Assembly (NCBI RefSeq): GCF_963921235.1
Contig: NC_086097.1
Span: 169,076,001-169,140,000, forward strand
DNA from: Mobula hypostoma
Lineage: Eukaryota
Length of the DNA: 64,000 nucleotides
Direction: 5' to 3'
The position numbers were made by a program, and so were the translations under genes. The stretch's first letter is position 1, and the number at the start of each line of letters is the position of its first letter. Positions 26,005 to 38,788 of this stretch are shown here, one piece after another. The notes beneath the pieces are model-generated. The model worked only from the letters and a program-made list of their open reading frames with translations, searched no databases and had not been told where the DNA came from.

Positions 26005-27809
26005 AAGACAAACCAAACCAAAAAGGATATGGACAATTGCTCACAAGATCAGAGATTGGAGAAAGTTAAGAGGGACTACAGTCAAGAACTAGAGAAGTTT
26101 GGAAGCACAGAAACTAGTTTCACTGATAACCTGGCATCATTGTTGTATTTTCTTTGTTTACCTGAGATGAATTTAAATAGCCTAAACTTTATGTAAAATT
26201 TGAGTTGACAAGAACTCACAGGGGAGATAAGTTAGGATAAAGGGACTTGGGGGAGGGGGTGGGGCGAAGGTTCAGGATGTAGAGTGGTGGGAGAAGAGAA
26301 GGAATGAGGTTACAGAAGTAAGATAGGGAGACAGTAACAGAGAAGTGATGAAGAAAAGAGACTAAAAGTTGGTGGGAATGGGGGGGGTGTTAAAAAACAG
26401 GGAGTACAAGAGAAACAACAGGGATACAGGGAAATATAAACCACAAAATATGTAGGCAAACATTTTTTCCAGTAGCATTGTCAAATTTGATAAATGTTAC
26501 CAATTTAAACTCAATAGTGAAATACCATAATATGTACAGGTATGCTATTTGTAATATACATCCGAAATCATTAAACACTATGTCATTGATAAATGTACAT
26601 TGACTAAGACTAATCATGGCTTTTTTGTGTTCTACTCTGACAACATACTCTAATTTCTGTTTGCTTGTACTTCAAAACCAGTGTATACCAATCCTTCTGC
26701 TACATTGTTCATCACACATTGCAACGTTTAAGTTTGAAGACAGCCTTTATCTCTCAAGTTAAATTACTCAAAAACAGTCCAAGCTAATGAAGGGTTATGA
26801 TGGGGGCCGGGGGTTAACAGAGATAGTTGATTTCAAATGGTGTACAACATAGAACAAGAGAGTAATCATGAAAAAGAATCATAAAGAAATGAATGTAATT
26901 TTTTCTTGGATTGTGAAATTCACAAATAATCGCTACAGCATATTCCTTATATGTGTGTGTTTTTTCACTTGCTTGAAAAATGGAACATTTAATTTTTTTT
27001 GGAGGAAGGATAGAAAAAAGATCATGTTCATCTGTGTTACATCTCTTGTCTGCATCTCAAAGGTAGATGTTGGCTTTACAGCAACTTGGACTTAATGAAG
27101 TTAATTGAAGGTAGGCACAACAAGTTGTGGTGAGAGCCCTGTTTTCATGTTGTACAACTCCATGATTCTATGAAGTGAAGGATTTAGACCAGGCACTACT
27201 CCCACAAGTGGACTTGCTATGTAAGAATTTTCAAGCCTCACTTGAAGGAGTGAGTCTAACTTCATTTGTTCTTTTCACAACTACATACAAGAATGTCCAT
27301 TTGTTAGAAATATATTTTTAAATTAGCTTACTAAATATTAACATAGCAAGATTGATTTTAAAATAAAATATTTTTTAAGAATTTAAATTTTGTAATAATT
27401 TTTGTAAAGTTGGAGCAACAAATAATAATAATATAATAATAAAACGTCAGCCTTGTCACATATGTGAAAACTGACAATTAAGAGTACAAGCAGTCTTCAG
27501 GTTACACACAGGTTCCAATCCTGAGAATTGTCCGTAAATGGAATTTTTCATGTGAGAAATGAACAATTTTCCTCAAAACCAAGATATACGCAGATATTAC
27601 AACAATGAATGAACAGAAAAATAAAATACCTTGGCAACTGATTGACCACAACTTTTATTTGAGGTAATTGATTAATTGTATTTCCATTTTAAAATGTCCT
27701 CCTTAATTGTATTGGTGAATTTGTATCATTGGCTGCTTCTAATTCTAGTTTTAACTGCTGTGAAACTAAGAACTTCTATGAAACGCTTTTGATTGTTGTT
27801 TGATCTAAA

Positions 27810-28440
27810 GAATTATCACCTTCGCTCCATCCACCATAACATGCAAGATCTCCTGGTGCCCAGCAATTTTAATTCCACTTCCCATGCCCACACTGACATA
27901 TCTGTCCACAACCTCCTTTACTGCCAAGTTGAGGCTAGAGTCAGATTAGAGGAACACCATTAGAGTCTCCAATCTGATGGCATGAACAGCTATTTCTTTA
28001 AGTTCTGGTAACCATTCCTCTCTCAACTTCCTTTGTTTTCCCTCATCTTATTTACCCCATCACTCTTTTTTTCACTCTCTCACACTCCACATCTGCCCAG
28101 CACCCGCATATTCTTCCTTCTGGTTTTCCTCTTCCTCTTTATTTCATGGTCCACTGTCCTCTCCTATCAGATTCCAGCTTCCTCAATTCCACTTATCACC
28201 TCTCATTTTCTTAAATCATTCCTACTCTCCCCCTCCCCCACCTGCCATCTTTCCCCTTTCACCTAGATTCACTTGTTCCACCAACTCTTACTACACCCCC
28301 TCCCCCTATCCTTTTATCCTGGCTATCTACCCACTTTCTTTCCAGTCCTGGTAGAGTCGCAACCCAAAACATCAACTGTCCACTTCTATTCATAGTTGCT
28401 GCTTAACCCACTGAGTTCCTGCAATATTTTGTCTGCTGCT
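27810..28440 (+). mobile_element. Decayed Penelope-like 3' end/pLTR
   Basis: ttttaattccacttcccat; attagaggaacac; ccagtcctggt...cccaaaacatcaactg. Confidence 0.75.
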
Positions 28441-28719
28441 TTAAATTATTTTCTTGTGAGATGATATTATTTCTATTTTTCTTGTTTACATGGATAATAA
28501 AGGTACGGGATTAAGAGCATTCTCAGATTTCTGTACACGTGACTACTGTGTTCTTTTCACTCTTGTGATTTATTGAAAAAAAGCAGATACAACTCAATCT
28601 CTAGTTTGGGAGAAGAAAAGGTTCAATATTGTTTGTAGATTGCAGTAGGTTACTCTTTATTTCCCTAGTCTGAACAGCAGACAAACACATGCTTGACACA
28701 GAGGAATTTGCATAAAGTC

Positions 28720-28960
28720 AGATTCAAGTTCAAGTTCAAGTTTAATTATCAATCAGCCATGCATGAATACATCCAAACAAGACAGTGTTCCTCCTTTTGC
28801 AAGCTGCAAAACACAGTACCAACAGTCATATACATTACAAGGCACATATAAGGTAGCAGGTAAACATACACAAAAATATATATATAGCCCAAGTTCCCGA
28901 GTAGCATATCCCCAAACTAAGGACTGCCTGCATACAAAATAGAAAAGTGTTTGCATTGTC
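28720..28960 (-). mobile_element. Rex1-type retroposon 3' tail
   Basis: Minus strand ggaggaacactgtcttg...gataattaaa(cttgaa)n. Confidence 0.55.
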
Positions 28961-29903
28961 TTTTTGCCTTCAAAAAACTTTGACTTTAAAAAAAAACTGT
29001 TTTTGATAGGACATTACCTCTGAAAACTACAATAAATATTGTGTTTTGGGTGTACAAGAAATGCACTATTTTAAACAGTTTTCATTATACTACAAGCTTA
29101 AAAGCTAAATAAAGATTTTCTGAAAACATTAATAAAGTTGTCAGGCAGGAACAATATTTAAAATACTATTTGAATAAGCTAACTTGTAGTAACATAAAAT
29201 GCTGACTTCAATTCAGAGCAAAACAAGGTGTTTAATGAAATTAAAGAATGCTAAAGTTTGATTCACACTTCTGTTTTCACGACTAGAATAAACTTTAGTT
29301 TTCTACAAACGACAATTCAATGCCATTTCCACCATTTCACAATCCAAAAACTCAGCTCAAAGCATCATCATAACAATGGAAATAAATAGATCTCAAATTG
29401 AGGGCATATCAACAATGACAAATATACAATAAACCCCAAAACAGTACAATTTCATTTTTGAGCTTGAAATTTTCAGCTTTTACATTTGGTTCAGTTCAGG
29501 ATATTTTCTTCTAGCTTAATATTCACGTTTGGAAAAGTAATTTCTTTTCAGATATGTTAAGTATAATGAAATCAAAACCAATAAAAAAATTCAGACTAGT
29601 TCAGGATTTGTTTGTATGCTTTTTTGAGACAAAAGTCTACAGTTTCCAGCAATCATAAACACCTTTTGCTTCATCTACACTTATATTCTTCTGGTATTTT
29701 TCCACAAGATTCCATTGATTAATGCAGAACAAATCTCAAAAATAATTAGATTGGTCAATCTGAAACTTTGAAAAAATCGGCCACATTCAAAAAATATCAT
29801 GAACGTTAAATGAAATTAACTGTATTCTCTTCCTTATAATCCCCTCAGCCCTTTCAAGAAATCCTTTACGATTTCATTACTATTCATGTTTCATAACAAA
29901 TAA

Positions 29904-30101
29904 CCAGATTGAAAATAGTCTGTTCCCTTGTTGGTTTCACAACCTCATTCTTGTTCTCAAGGTTATCTTTGCCAATTTGATGGGAAAATTAAAAAGTCAC
30001 CTGAGATCACTGTAGTAATCATTATCTCCTCCTATAACACGTCTTGATGTTAATACAGCTACTGGTAGCAGGCTTATATAGTATTTCCATGGGTGACTTC
30101 T
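29904..30101. repeat. Left copy of the ~198-bp direct repeat flanking the Hero-type element
   Basis: ccagattgaaaatagtctgttccct...tgacttct, repeated at 32469-32665. Confidence 0.92.
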
Positions 30102-32468
30102 GTCCAGTACAGTGATCCAGCAAGGAAAACTTCCCTTGGATCACCAGGGTATATTCCATGTCCTGCTCCTCCAACCACCCAGTTTGATACCCACCCACCA
30201 CACACCCCCCATCAAGTTAAGTGAAGTCAGAGAAGTCATCAAAAAGGCAAGGTCAGTGTCAGCACGAGGGCCGAATGGAATTTCTTACAAGCTCTATAAA
30301 AATTGCCCTCATGTACTAAAGACCCTGTGGAATCTAATGAAAACTGCCTGTAAAAACCAGTGCATCCCATCAGAGTAGCAAAGAGCTGTGTTCATCGCCA
30401 GGGCAGAGCTTCAGTTCTATCAACCAGCTTTGCACGGCTGAATGTCAAGGAGAAAATCTTCTTCTCAGTTGTGGCTAAAAGAATGACTAGCTACCTCATG
30501 AGCATTGGATATATTGACACCAGCTGCCAGAAGGTAGGAGTTCCAGGCTTCCAAGGATGTGTGGAGCATGCATCATTGATATGGGACCAGATCCAATGAA
30601 CCACGCGTGATAAAGGTGACGTACATGTCATGTGGTTGAATTTTGCAAATGCCTATGGATCTGTGCCTCATCAACTTTGTGATGGATTTCTTTTACATTC
30701 CCAACTGCATTAGAGACTTAGTTTTTGATTACTTCAGTGACTTCCAGATGGGCTTCTCTTTTCAAGACTTTACAATGGGGAGCCAGCCTCCCGAAGTATG
30801 CATCTCTCTGTCCTGTATGTCGCAGCCTTCGAGATCATGCTTATTGGAGCAAAGAAGTGTTTGGAAGTATAAAGCTATAGTCAGGACAGAGGCTTCCTCC
30901 ACTGAGTAGCTAAAATGGATGATGTCACAAGCATGCTTCAGATGGCTCCATGCACAAGAAAGGTGTTGAAGAGACTGAACAAGCTAGTGACATGGGCAAG
31001 GTTGAAGATCAAGCCCTCCAAGTTGCAAAGCCTATCCCTCCGAAAAGGCATCAGAAGCAACAATATCACCTTTGTTGTAGGGCGCAAGGAAATCCCATTT
31101 TTGGGCAGGCAGTCCATCCGAAGCCTTGGGAGGTAGTACACCGCAGAGTTCTCTGATAGGCAGATGGGAAAAATAGCACAGGAATAGCCCACAGAGAGCC
31201 TGGCCAGAATCAACTACAGCCAACTATCTGGAAAGTATAAGGTGTGGTGCTACCGGTTCACACAGTACCAAAGGGTGATCTGGCCTCTAAAAACGTGTAA
31301 AATTTCCTCATCAACAGCCGGTAGGATGGATGGGATAGTCAACACATACATCTGGAAATGGGTGGGGCTGCCTGGTAGATCTCGGACACTGTCCTCTTCA
31401 GGAAGAATATGTTGCACCTGCCACTGAGATCCATTAGGCTGGAGTACAAGTGGAGAAAACCCGACTGGTTGTTGAGCTGAGTGAGCCTACTGACCTGTTG
31501 GTGAGGAATACCAATACCTCAATCCATGCCAACTGTAAATGGAGAGTTCAAGATGAAGTAGACCAAACCATCAACAGGCTGCACCACGGCAGAGTCCAGG
31601 CTGGACATGCAGGATTTGGCTGGGGGAAGGCAGCATGCTTCTGGTCCAAGGCTTCGAAGAAAGAGAGAAAAGTCATGGTAATAGAGGAGGTGACAAGGAC
31701 AGAGCACGAGTGCTACAGGGTGAAGGCAGTGGGACAGGGCCGCCAGGGAAGATGGACAACATGGGAAAGCACTATCAACAGGACATTTAGATGGTCTGAC
31801 CTGTGGAAGGTCCCACAAGCCAGATTCAGCTTCCTCATCAGGGCAACCTATGCCCTGCCCCCAAAATCTTCACCACTGGTTCAGCAGTGAGGATAGCTGC
31901 TCCCTGTATGATCAACCAATGCCAACCTCCAAGACATCCTGGCAGGATGCAAGACTGTGCTGTCCCAAGGGCGCTACAGATGGCGACACATCAGGCCCTA
32001 AAGAAACTGGCAGAGATCCTAGAGATCTGTAGATGGGATGTGAGAAGCAGCCTTCCTCCAGCGTAACGATAACTCATCCCAATTGTTAAGGCTAGTAAAA
32101 GTGCTGAATGCTCCCGCCCAAGAGCTCCTTCAGGACTCTTCACCACACTCAAGGAGTGGTGATATGGCAGTGATTGGAGTGAGGCTCAGAAGAGTCACCA
32201 GTGAGTTGGCTGAAGAGGCAGAAAAGGGCAGCTTTTGACTACGGCTGAGGAGGAAGGACAGAAATTGGGGAACTGACTAACCCCAATGAAAGCAGCAGGG
32301 GTTGGCAGGGTGACGTCCCTGCCACTGTCCACCACCAGGAGCTAAGGGAGCAAAACATCAGTGAATGGTGGTCCCTGGCCGATGACTGTGCAGCTGACTT
32401 ATGGGCACTGTTAGAGGTACGGCAGGCAGCAATGCCAAGCAGGAAACATCTTCCTGTAAATCTCATTG
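30102..32468 (+). mobile_element. Decayed, 5'-truncated Hero-type (R2-group, restriction-like endonuclease) non-LTR retrotransposon
   Basis: GPNGISYKLYKNCP, GCVEH, ANAYGSV, MDDVT, IKPSK, GKYKVWCY, FSFLIRATY, CCHC remnant + YRWRH, C-terminal LAEEAEKGSF. Confidence 0.82.
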
Positions 32469-32665
32469 CCAGATTGAAAATAGTCTGTTCCCTGGTTGGT
32501 TTCACCATACCTCATACTTGCTCTCAAGGTTACCTTTGCCAATTGGCGGGAAGATTAAAGTCACCTGACATCACTATAGTACTCATTATCTCCTCATATA
32601 ACATGTCTTAATGTTAATGTAGCTACTGTTAGCAGGCCTATACAGTAGCTCCATGATTGACTTCT
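32469..32665. repeat. Right copy of the ~198-bp direct repeat
   Basis: Colinear with 29904-30101 apart from scattered substitutions and small indels. Confidence 0.92.
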
Positions 32666-32954
32666 CTCTCTTGTTATTTATATGAGATTATTTCCTACTA
32701 TTGATCTTACTTGTTATACGGAGCTACCCCACCTTAATCCACGTTTGACATATCCTGTTGAACATAAAGCCCCAAAATATTTACCTCCTAGTTTTGGCAA
32801 ACTAGCAATCACATTTCTGCCATGTGTATCTGATCACTTCTACTTGTGCAATAAATTCATCAAGCTGATGCCAAAGGCAGTATCTGTTCAAACAAGGTGC
32901 CTTTAATTTTGACTTTTTACCACTTTGCTCTTACTCAACTACATTTGCACTGTA

Positions 32955-34058
32955 ATGTCAGTTACAAGGGTGCATACTGGTGTCTCTACTGTTTAATCTG
33001 TTCCTCACATGTGTACTACACTATGCATTCACCGTCATACCATGTGAGATATACATAAGGTACAGGATGGACAGATCACTGTTGACTTGTGTTGCTTGAG
33101 GGCCCGTTGGAAAACAATCGCTAATCTCAATCGAGAAGCCCTATACACTGATAATTGTACATTTATGGCCCACACAGAAGCCGATCTCCAGCTACTTGTC
33201 GATAGGTTTTCAGAAGCCACATGTCCATTTGGCCTCACCATCAGCCTACAAAAGACGGAAGTCCTGTTCTAGCCTGGTCCAATCTTTACTGTCCATGCAT
33301 CATCCATCTGTGTCGAAGGTACACAGCTTAGAATAGTTGAGGAGTTCAAATACCTCGAAAGCGTTATTTTGAGTGATGGCTCCCTAGAGAAAGAAATCAG
33401 TGCTAAGATTTGCAAGGCTGAACCAGCATAACATCTGAAAAGCCACAAAACTCAAGGTTTACAAAGCAGTCATCCTTAGCAGTCTACTATACGGTTGTGA
33501 AACCTGGACCATATACAGAAGGTACCTTAAAATGCTGGAACCCTTCCATATGTGTAGCCTGAGGTCAATCTTGGGCATCCATTGGCAGGACCATGCCACC
33601 ACAGAGCACAAGCATAGAGGCAATGATCCTGCAAGCCCAGTTTCACTGGATAGGGCATGTTAGATGCATGGAGGATTCTAGAATCTTCTGTTATACAGAG
33701 AGCTGTCTCAAAGAAGAAAAGACAGGGAGGCGACCTTGTAAGAGGCCCAAGGACTGTGTGAAAAGCTACCTTGCGCATGTTGGCATTGCACCTAAGCAGC
33801 TTGAGTGGAGTACTCAGGACTGGACTGGATGGTGTGCTCTAGTAAGCCAAGCCTCCAACTACTTCAAGAATAGTCGCCGTGCAGATCTGGTCACTGCTTG
33901 AGAGAGGAGAAAAATGGCCACATCAGTTGCTCCAACTGCAGCCAGCTATTATTATCAACATTTATGCCTTTCCAGAATCGGAATGCACAGCCACCTCAGA
34001 ACACACAACTGATGAGCTGCACAGACAAACGTCATCGTCGAAAATGACGAACAACCAA
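32955..34058 (+). mobile_element. Decayed RTE-clade LINE 3' fragment
   Basis: AHTEADLQLLVDRFSEA..FGLTISLQKTEV; LLYGCETWT; WIGHVRCMED. Confidence 0.82.
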
Positions 34059-34780
34059 CATATTATTCATTTCCATCATATTCTGATGATCATTACTCAT
34101 TTTTCTACCCTGCACTATTGGTCTGCCCTTCCTCTCTAATACTGTAATTTTTTTCTTATCTGAACCCTCCCCCAATAATCCAGTTTAAAACACTAACTGC
34201 AGCCACAATTGCTATATTCACCAAGATACTGGTCCCAGGCCAATTCAAGTCAGGTGCTTTCCTAACAGAACAGTTCTAACTGCCAATGCATTTGAATTGA
34301 AATATATTCTAACCAAACCAAACTTTGAATTGCATGTTCAACATTCTGATCTCATTGGTTCAACGCCATTCTCATGAGTTGCAGATAATCAGAGGATATC
34401 GCCTTTGTGAATCAACTTTTTCACTTAGACTCCCTCAGTGGAACTTCTTATTTCACCCTTCTGTATCACCGCTACCTACAAGTGGATCTTTCCCCTCCCC
34501 CACCATATTCCTCTTGAGACCTTAGATGTCATGAGCGTCAGCACTAGACAGACATGACATAATTCGGACTCACACATAACTGCAGTGAATAGTATCAGTG
34601 AGAAAAGTAAATTTCCATGTAAACCTCAAAGATATTTTGGTTTCTTTTTATTAGTTAACACTGAAAAATTCAAGCTCTATTCAAAATCTCAAGTCAATGA
34701 CAACAAAAACAAAAAATAATCATAGTTCTCAACAGTTCATGGCAACATAATATATAGCAGGAGCAAAGTTCAACACTTAC

Positions 34781-34921
34781 AGTTAAAAATTGTTGGAGGT
34801 GGGTGTTCAGTTACTAGCGGACAGTTTTCTTCTTCACTATTATCCCCACAGTCATTTAGTTGGTTGCAAATCAAATTTCTGAATTTCAGACAGTTGCCAT
34901 TGGTGCAGTGGAATTTGCACT
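34781..34921 (-). CDS. LDLRAD4: Internal coding exon (141 nt, phase 1-1) of low-density lipoprotein receptor class A domain-containing protein 4
   Basis: Acceptor ctcttttacag and donor gtaagt; translates (E)[46 protein letters not shown](S), matching recalled human LDLRAD4 [48 protein letters not shown]; not in the ORF track. Confidence 0.95.
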
Positions 34922-35419
34922 CTGTAAAAGAGTATATTATTTACTTTCATTGATCTTCAAATGAATTTGAAAAGAACTTGCTAAATAGATGTTCATATAT
35001 TTTCTAATAAATTCTAAAAACATTTTCAGTTTTGAATGTTTGACAGCGTAATAATACTCAGTGGGTCAAATTCCAAGTTACTGATAGAACTGTCCACAGC
35101 TGATTAAAAATACTTGATATCCTTTTGTTCTTGACTTTAAGTATGGTTATCAGCATGCAAACAGTCACCTGAACAAGGTATACACTGAAAAATAACCAGC
35201 AGCTCACTTGTAGAGTCATGATCCAAGGTTAGTTCTATAAAGGATGTAAGTCAACTTTAGAGCTTATGTTATGCTTTGGACCAAAACTACAATTTTGGTA
35301 TCCTTTTTTGAGAAGGATTTTTTTTGAGCTAATCTACAAAACATTGTGTATCATATCAAGTCAAAAGAAAAATTCCAAGCCTGTCAACAATTTACTAGAA
35401 ATTAAAAACCAAACTTATG

Positions 35420-36132
35420 AGACTGAAAAAGTATTCATTCCCCTTGTAATTACTATGATAACTTTTCTCAGGTACAATACTGTCTAATACCTTACCAAAT
35501 CACCTAATCTATTGATGTAGAAAATTGGAGGATCACCTGAATAAATATACCCACTCCCTGTAAGGTCCAATAGTATGGTAGATTTTCAACAGACAAAACC
35601 AAAATGAAGACAAAAGAGCTTTCAAGACTAGTGAAGGAAATGATAATAGAGAAGCACAAACCTAGGGAAGGTTACAAAACCATCACAATATACTTCGGAG
35701 CTCAGTGCAGTCCATCATAAAAAAAGTGGAAAAAATATTAAACCTCAGCCACACTGTCTAGGTCAGGTCAGCCTTCTATACATAGTCACCGAAGAAGAAT
35801 GCCACTTCTAAGAGATGCCTACACTGTGATGCCAACAGTAACTCTGAGTGAGCTGCAGATGTCAGTGGCTACAACTGGAGATAATGTTCACGGCTCCAAA
35901 ATCTCTAAAAAGGTATTTATGGAAGAAATCTTGGCTAAGAAAACACATATACTTGCCCGTAAAGACTTTGCAAAGCGTCACTTAGAAAATACTGTAAAGA
36001 TGTGGAAGAAGGTGGTCAATTGAGACTCAAGTGGAAATTTCTGGCCTCAACACTAAGAGGTATGTGTGGCATAAATCTAATACTGCACATCAGCCAGCTA
36101 ACACCATCCCTACTGTAAAGCATGGTGGAGGT
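35420..36132 (+). mobile_element. Tc1 transposon relic, 5' half
   Basis: aaaagtattca TIR-like start; MKTKELS...GYKTI from 35603; [10 protein letters not shown] near 36100-36130. Confidence 0.82.
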
Positions 36133-36262
36133 TCCACACCACCAGGTTCAATAACAGCTACTTCAGTACCACTTCTAAAATGATGATATATCCTGTGTTT
36201 TCAGTTGTTTCTTTGATACCACATGGGATTAATGTAATTGGCTTTCAACTAGGTTCTGGAAT

Positions 36263-38788
36263 GAAACCATAGAAACCATAGAAACTACAGCACAGAAACA
36301 GGCCCTTTGGCCCTTCTTGGCTGTGCCGAACCATTTTCTGCCTAGTCCCACTGACCTGCACACGAACCATATCCCTCCATACACCTCCCATCCATGTATC
36401 TGTCCAATTTATTCTTAAATGTTAAAAAAGAACCTGCATTTACCACCTCGTCTGGCAGCTCATTCCATACTCCCACCACTCTCTGTGTGAAGAAGCCTCC
36501 ACTAATGTTCCCTTTAAACTTTTCCCCCCTCACCCTTAACCCATGTCCTCTGGTTTTTTTCTCCCCTTGCCTCAGTGGAAAAAGCCTGCTTGCGTTCACT
36601 CTATCTATACCCATCATAATTTTATATACCTCTATCAAATCTCCCCTCATTCTTCTATGCTCCAGGGAATAAAGTCCTAACCTATTCAACCTTTCTCTGT
36701 AACTGAATTTCTCAAGTCCCGGCAACATCCTTGTAAACCTTCTCTGCACTCTTTCAACCTTATTTATATCCTTCCTGTAATTTGGTGACCAAAACTGAAC
36801 ACAATACTCCAGATTCGGCCTCACCAATGCCTTATACAACCTCATCATAACATTCCAGCTCTTATACTCAATACTTCGATTAATAAAGGCCAATGTACCA
36901 AAAGCTCTCTTTACGACCCTATCTACCTGTGACGACACTTTTAGGGAATTTTGATTCTGTATTCCCAGATCCCTCTGTTCCACTGCACTCCTCAGTGCCT
37001 TACCATTAACCCTGTATGTTCTACGTTGGTTCGTCCTTCCAACGTGCAATACCTCACACTTGTCAGTATTAAACTCCATCTGCCATTTTTCAGCCCATTT
37101 TTCCAGCTGGTCTAAGTCCCTCTGCAGGCTCTGAAAATCTTCCTCACTGTCTACTACACCTCCAATCTTTGTATCATCAGCAAACTTGCTGATCCAATTT
37201 ACCACATTATCATCCAGATCATTGATATAGATGACAAATAACGATGGACCCAGCACTGATCCCTGTGGCACACCACTAGTCACAGGCCTCCACTCAGAGA
37301 AGCAATTTTCTACCACCACTCTCTGGCTTCTTCCATCGAGCCAATGTCCAATCCAATTTACCACCTCTCCATGTATACCTAGCGACTGAATTTTCCTAAC
37401 TAACCTCCCATGCGGGACCTTGTCAAAGGCCTTACTGAAGTCCATGTAGACAATATCCACTGCCTTCCCTTCATCCACTTTCCTGGTAACCTCCTTGAAA
37501 AACTCCAACAGATTGGTCAAATATGACCTACCATGCACAAAGCCATGTTGACTCTCCCTAATAAGCCCCTGTCTATCCAAATGCTTGTAGATTCTGTCTC
37601 TTAGTACTCCCTCCAATAACTTACCTACTACTGACGTTAAACTCACCGGCCTATAATTTCCCGGATTACTTTTCGATCCTTTTTTAAACAACGGAACAAC
37701 ATGAACCACTCTCCAATCCTCCGGCACTTCACCCGTAGACAGCGACATTTTAAATATTTCTACCAGGGCCCCCGCAATTTCAACACTAGTCTCTTTCAAG
37801 GTCCGAGGGAACACCCTGTCAGGTCCCGGGGATTTATCCACTTTAATTTTCCTCAAGACAGCAAGCACCTTCTCCTTTTCAATCTGTAGAGTTGCCATAG
37901 TCTCACTACTTGATTCCCTCAATTCCATAGATTTCATGCCAGCTTCCTTAGTAAATACAGATGCAAAAAAACCTATTTAAGATCTCCCCCATTTCCTTTG
38001 GTTCCGCACAAAGCTGACCACCCTGATCTTCAAGAGGACCAATTTTATCCCTTACAATCCTTTTGCTCTTAATATACTTGTAAAAGCTCTTTGGATTATC
38101 CTTCACTTTGACTGCCAAGGCAACCTCATGTCTTCTTTTAGCCCTCCTGATTTCTTTCTTAAGTATTTTCTTGCACTTCTTATACTCCTCAAGCACCTGA
38201 TTTACCCCGTTTCCTATACATTTCATACAACTCCCTCTTCTTCTTTATCAGAGTTGCAATATCCCTTGAGAACCAAGGTTCCTTATTCCTATTCAATTTG
38301 CCTTTAATCCTGACAGGAACATACAAACTCTGCACTCTCAAAATTTCCCCTTTGAAGGCTTCCCACCTACCAATGACATCTTTGCCAGAGAACAACCTGT
38401 CCCAATCCACGCTTTTTAGATCCTTTCTCATTTCTTCAAATTTGGCCTTCTTCCAGTTCAGAATCTCAACCCTAGGACCAGATCTATCCTTGTCCATGAT
38501 CAAATTGAAACTAATGGCGTTATGATCACTGGAACCAAAGTGCTCCCCTACACAGACTTCCGTCACTTGCCCTAATTGGTTTCCTAACAGGAGATCCAAT
38601 ATTGCATCCCCTCTAGTTGGTCCCTCTATATACTGATTTAGAAAACTTTCCTGAACACATTTTACAAACTCTAAACCATCTAGACCCCTAACAGTATGGG
38701 AGTCCCAATCAATGTATGGAAAATTAAAATCCCCTACCACCACAACTTTATGTTTCCTGCAGTTGTCTGCTATCTCTCTGCAGATTTG
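36263..38788 (-). mobile_element. Young 5'-truncated CR1 LINE, same subfamily as 1966-3722
   Basis: Partial endonuclease (GDFNFP, SDH), tether and RT; (TTTCTATGG)n tail; possible TSD TGGAA at 36257-36261 and 38789-38793. Confidence 0.93.
36342..37937 (-). CDS. Uninterrupted 531-aa CR1 RT and C-terminal domain (frameshifted from the upstream endonuclease)
   Basis: FADDTKIG; about 29 aa differences from ORF 2047-3642 by manual count. Confidence 0.85.
   Translation of the reverse strand: MKSMELRESSSETMATLQIEKEKVLAVLRKIKVDKSPGPDRVFPRTLKETSVEIAGALVEIFKMSLSTGEVPEDWRVVHVVPLFKKGSKSNPGNYRPVSLTSVVGKLLEGVLRDRIYKHLDRQGLIRESQHGFVHGRSYLTNLLEFFKEVTRKVDEGKAVDIVYMDFSKAFDKVPHGRLVRKIQSLGIHGEVVNWIGHWLDGRSQRVVVENCFSEWRPVTSGVPQGSVLGPSLFVIYINDLDDNVVNWISKFADDTKIGGVVDSEEDFQSLQRDLDQLEKWAEKWQMEFNTDKCEVLHVGRTNQRRTYRVNGKALRSAVEQRDLGIQNQNSLKVSSQVDRVVKRAFGTLAFINRSIEYKSWNVMMRLYKALVRPNLEYCVQFWSPNYRKDINKVERVQRRFTRMLPGLEKFSYRERLNRLGLYSLEHRRMRGDLIEVYKIMMGIDRVNASRLFPLRQGEKKTRGHGLRVRGEKFKGNISGGFFTQRVVGVWNELPDEVVNAGSFLTFKNKLDRYMDGRCMEGYGSCAGQWD

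Noticed and set aside
27490..27600. Possible Tigger/MER-like terminal fragment
   Set aside because: No matching second TIR identified with confidence.
29904..32665. Direct repeats read as the LTRs of an LTR retrotransposon
   Set aside because: No TG...CA ends, PBS or PPT; the interior is a non-LTR RT and the repeat resembles CR1-derived target DNA.
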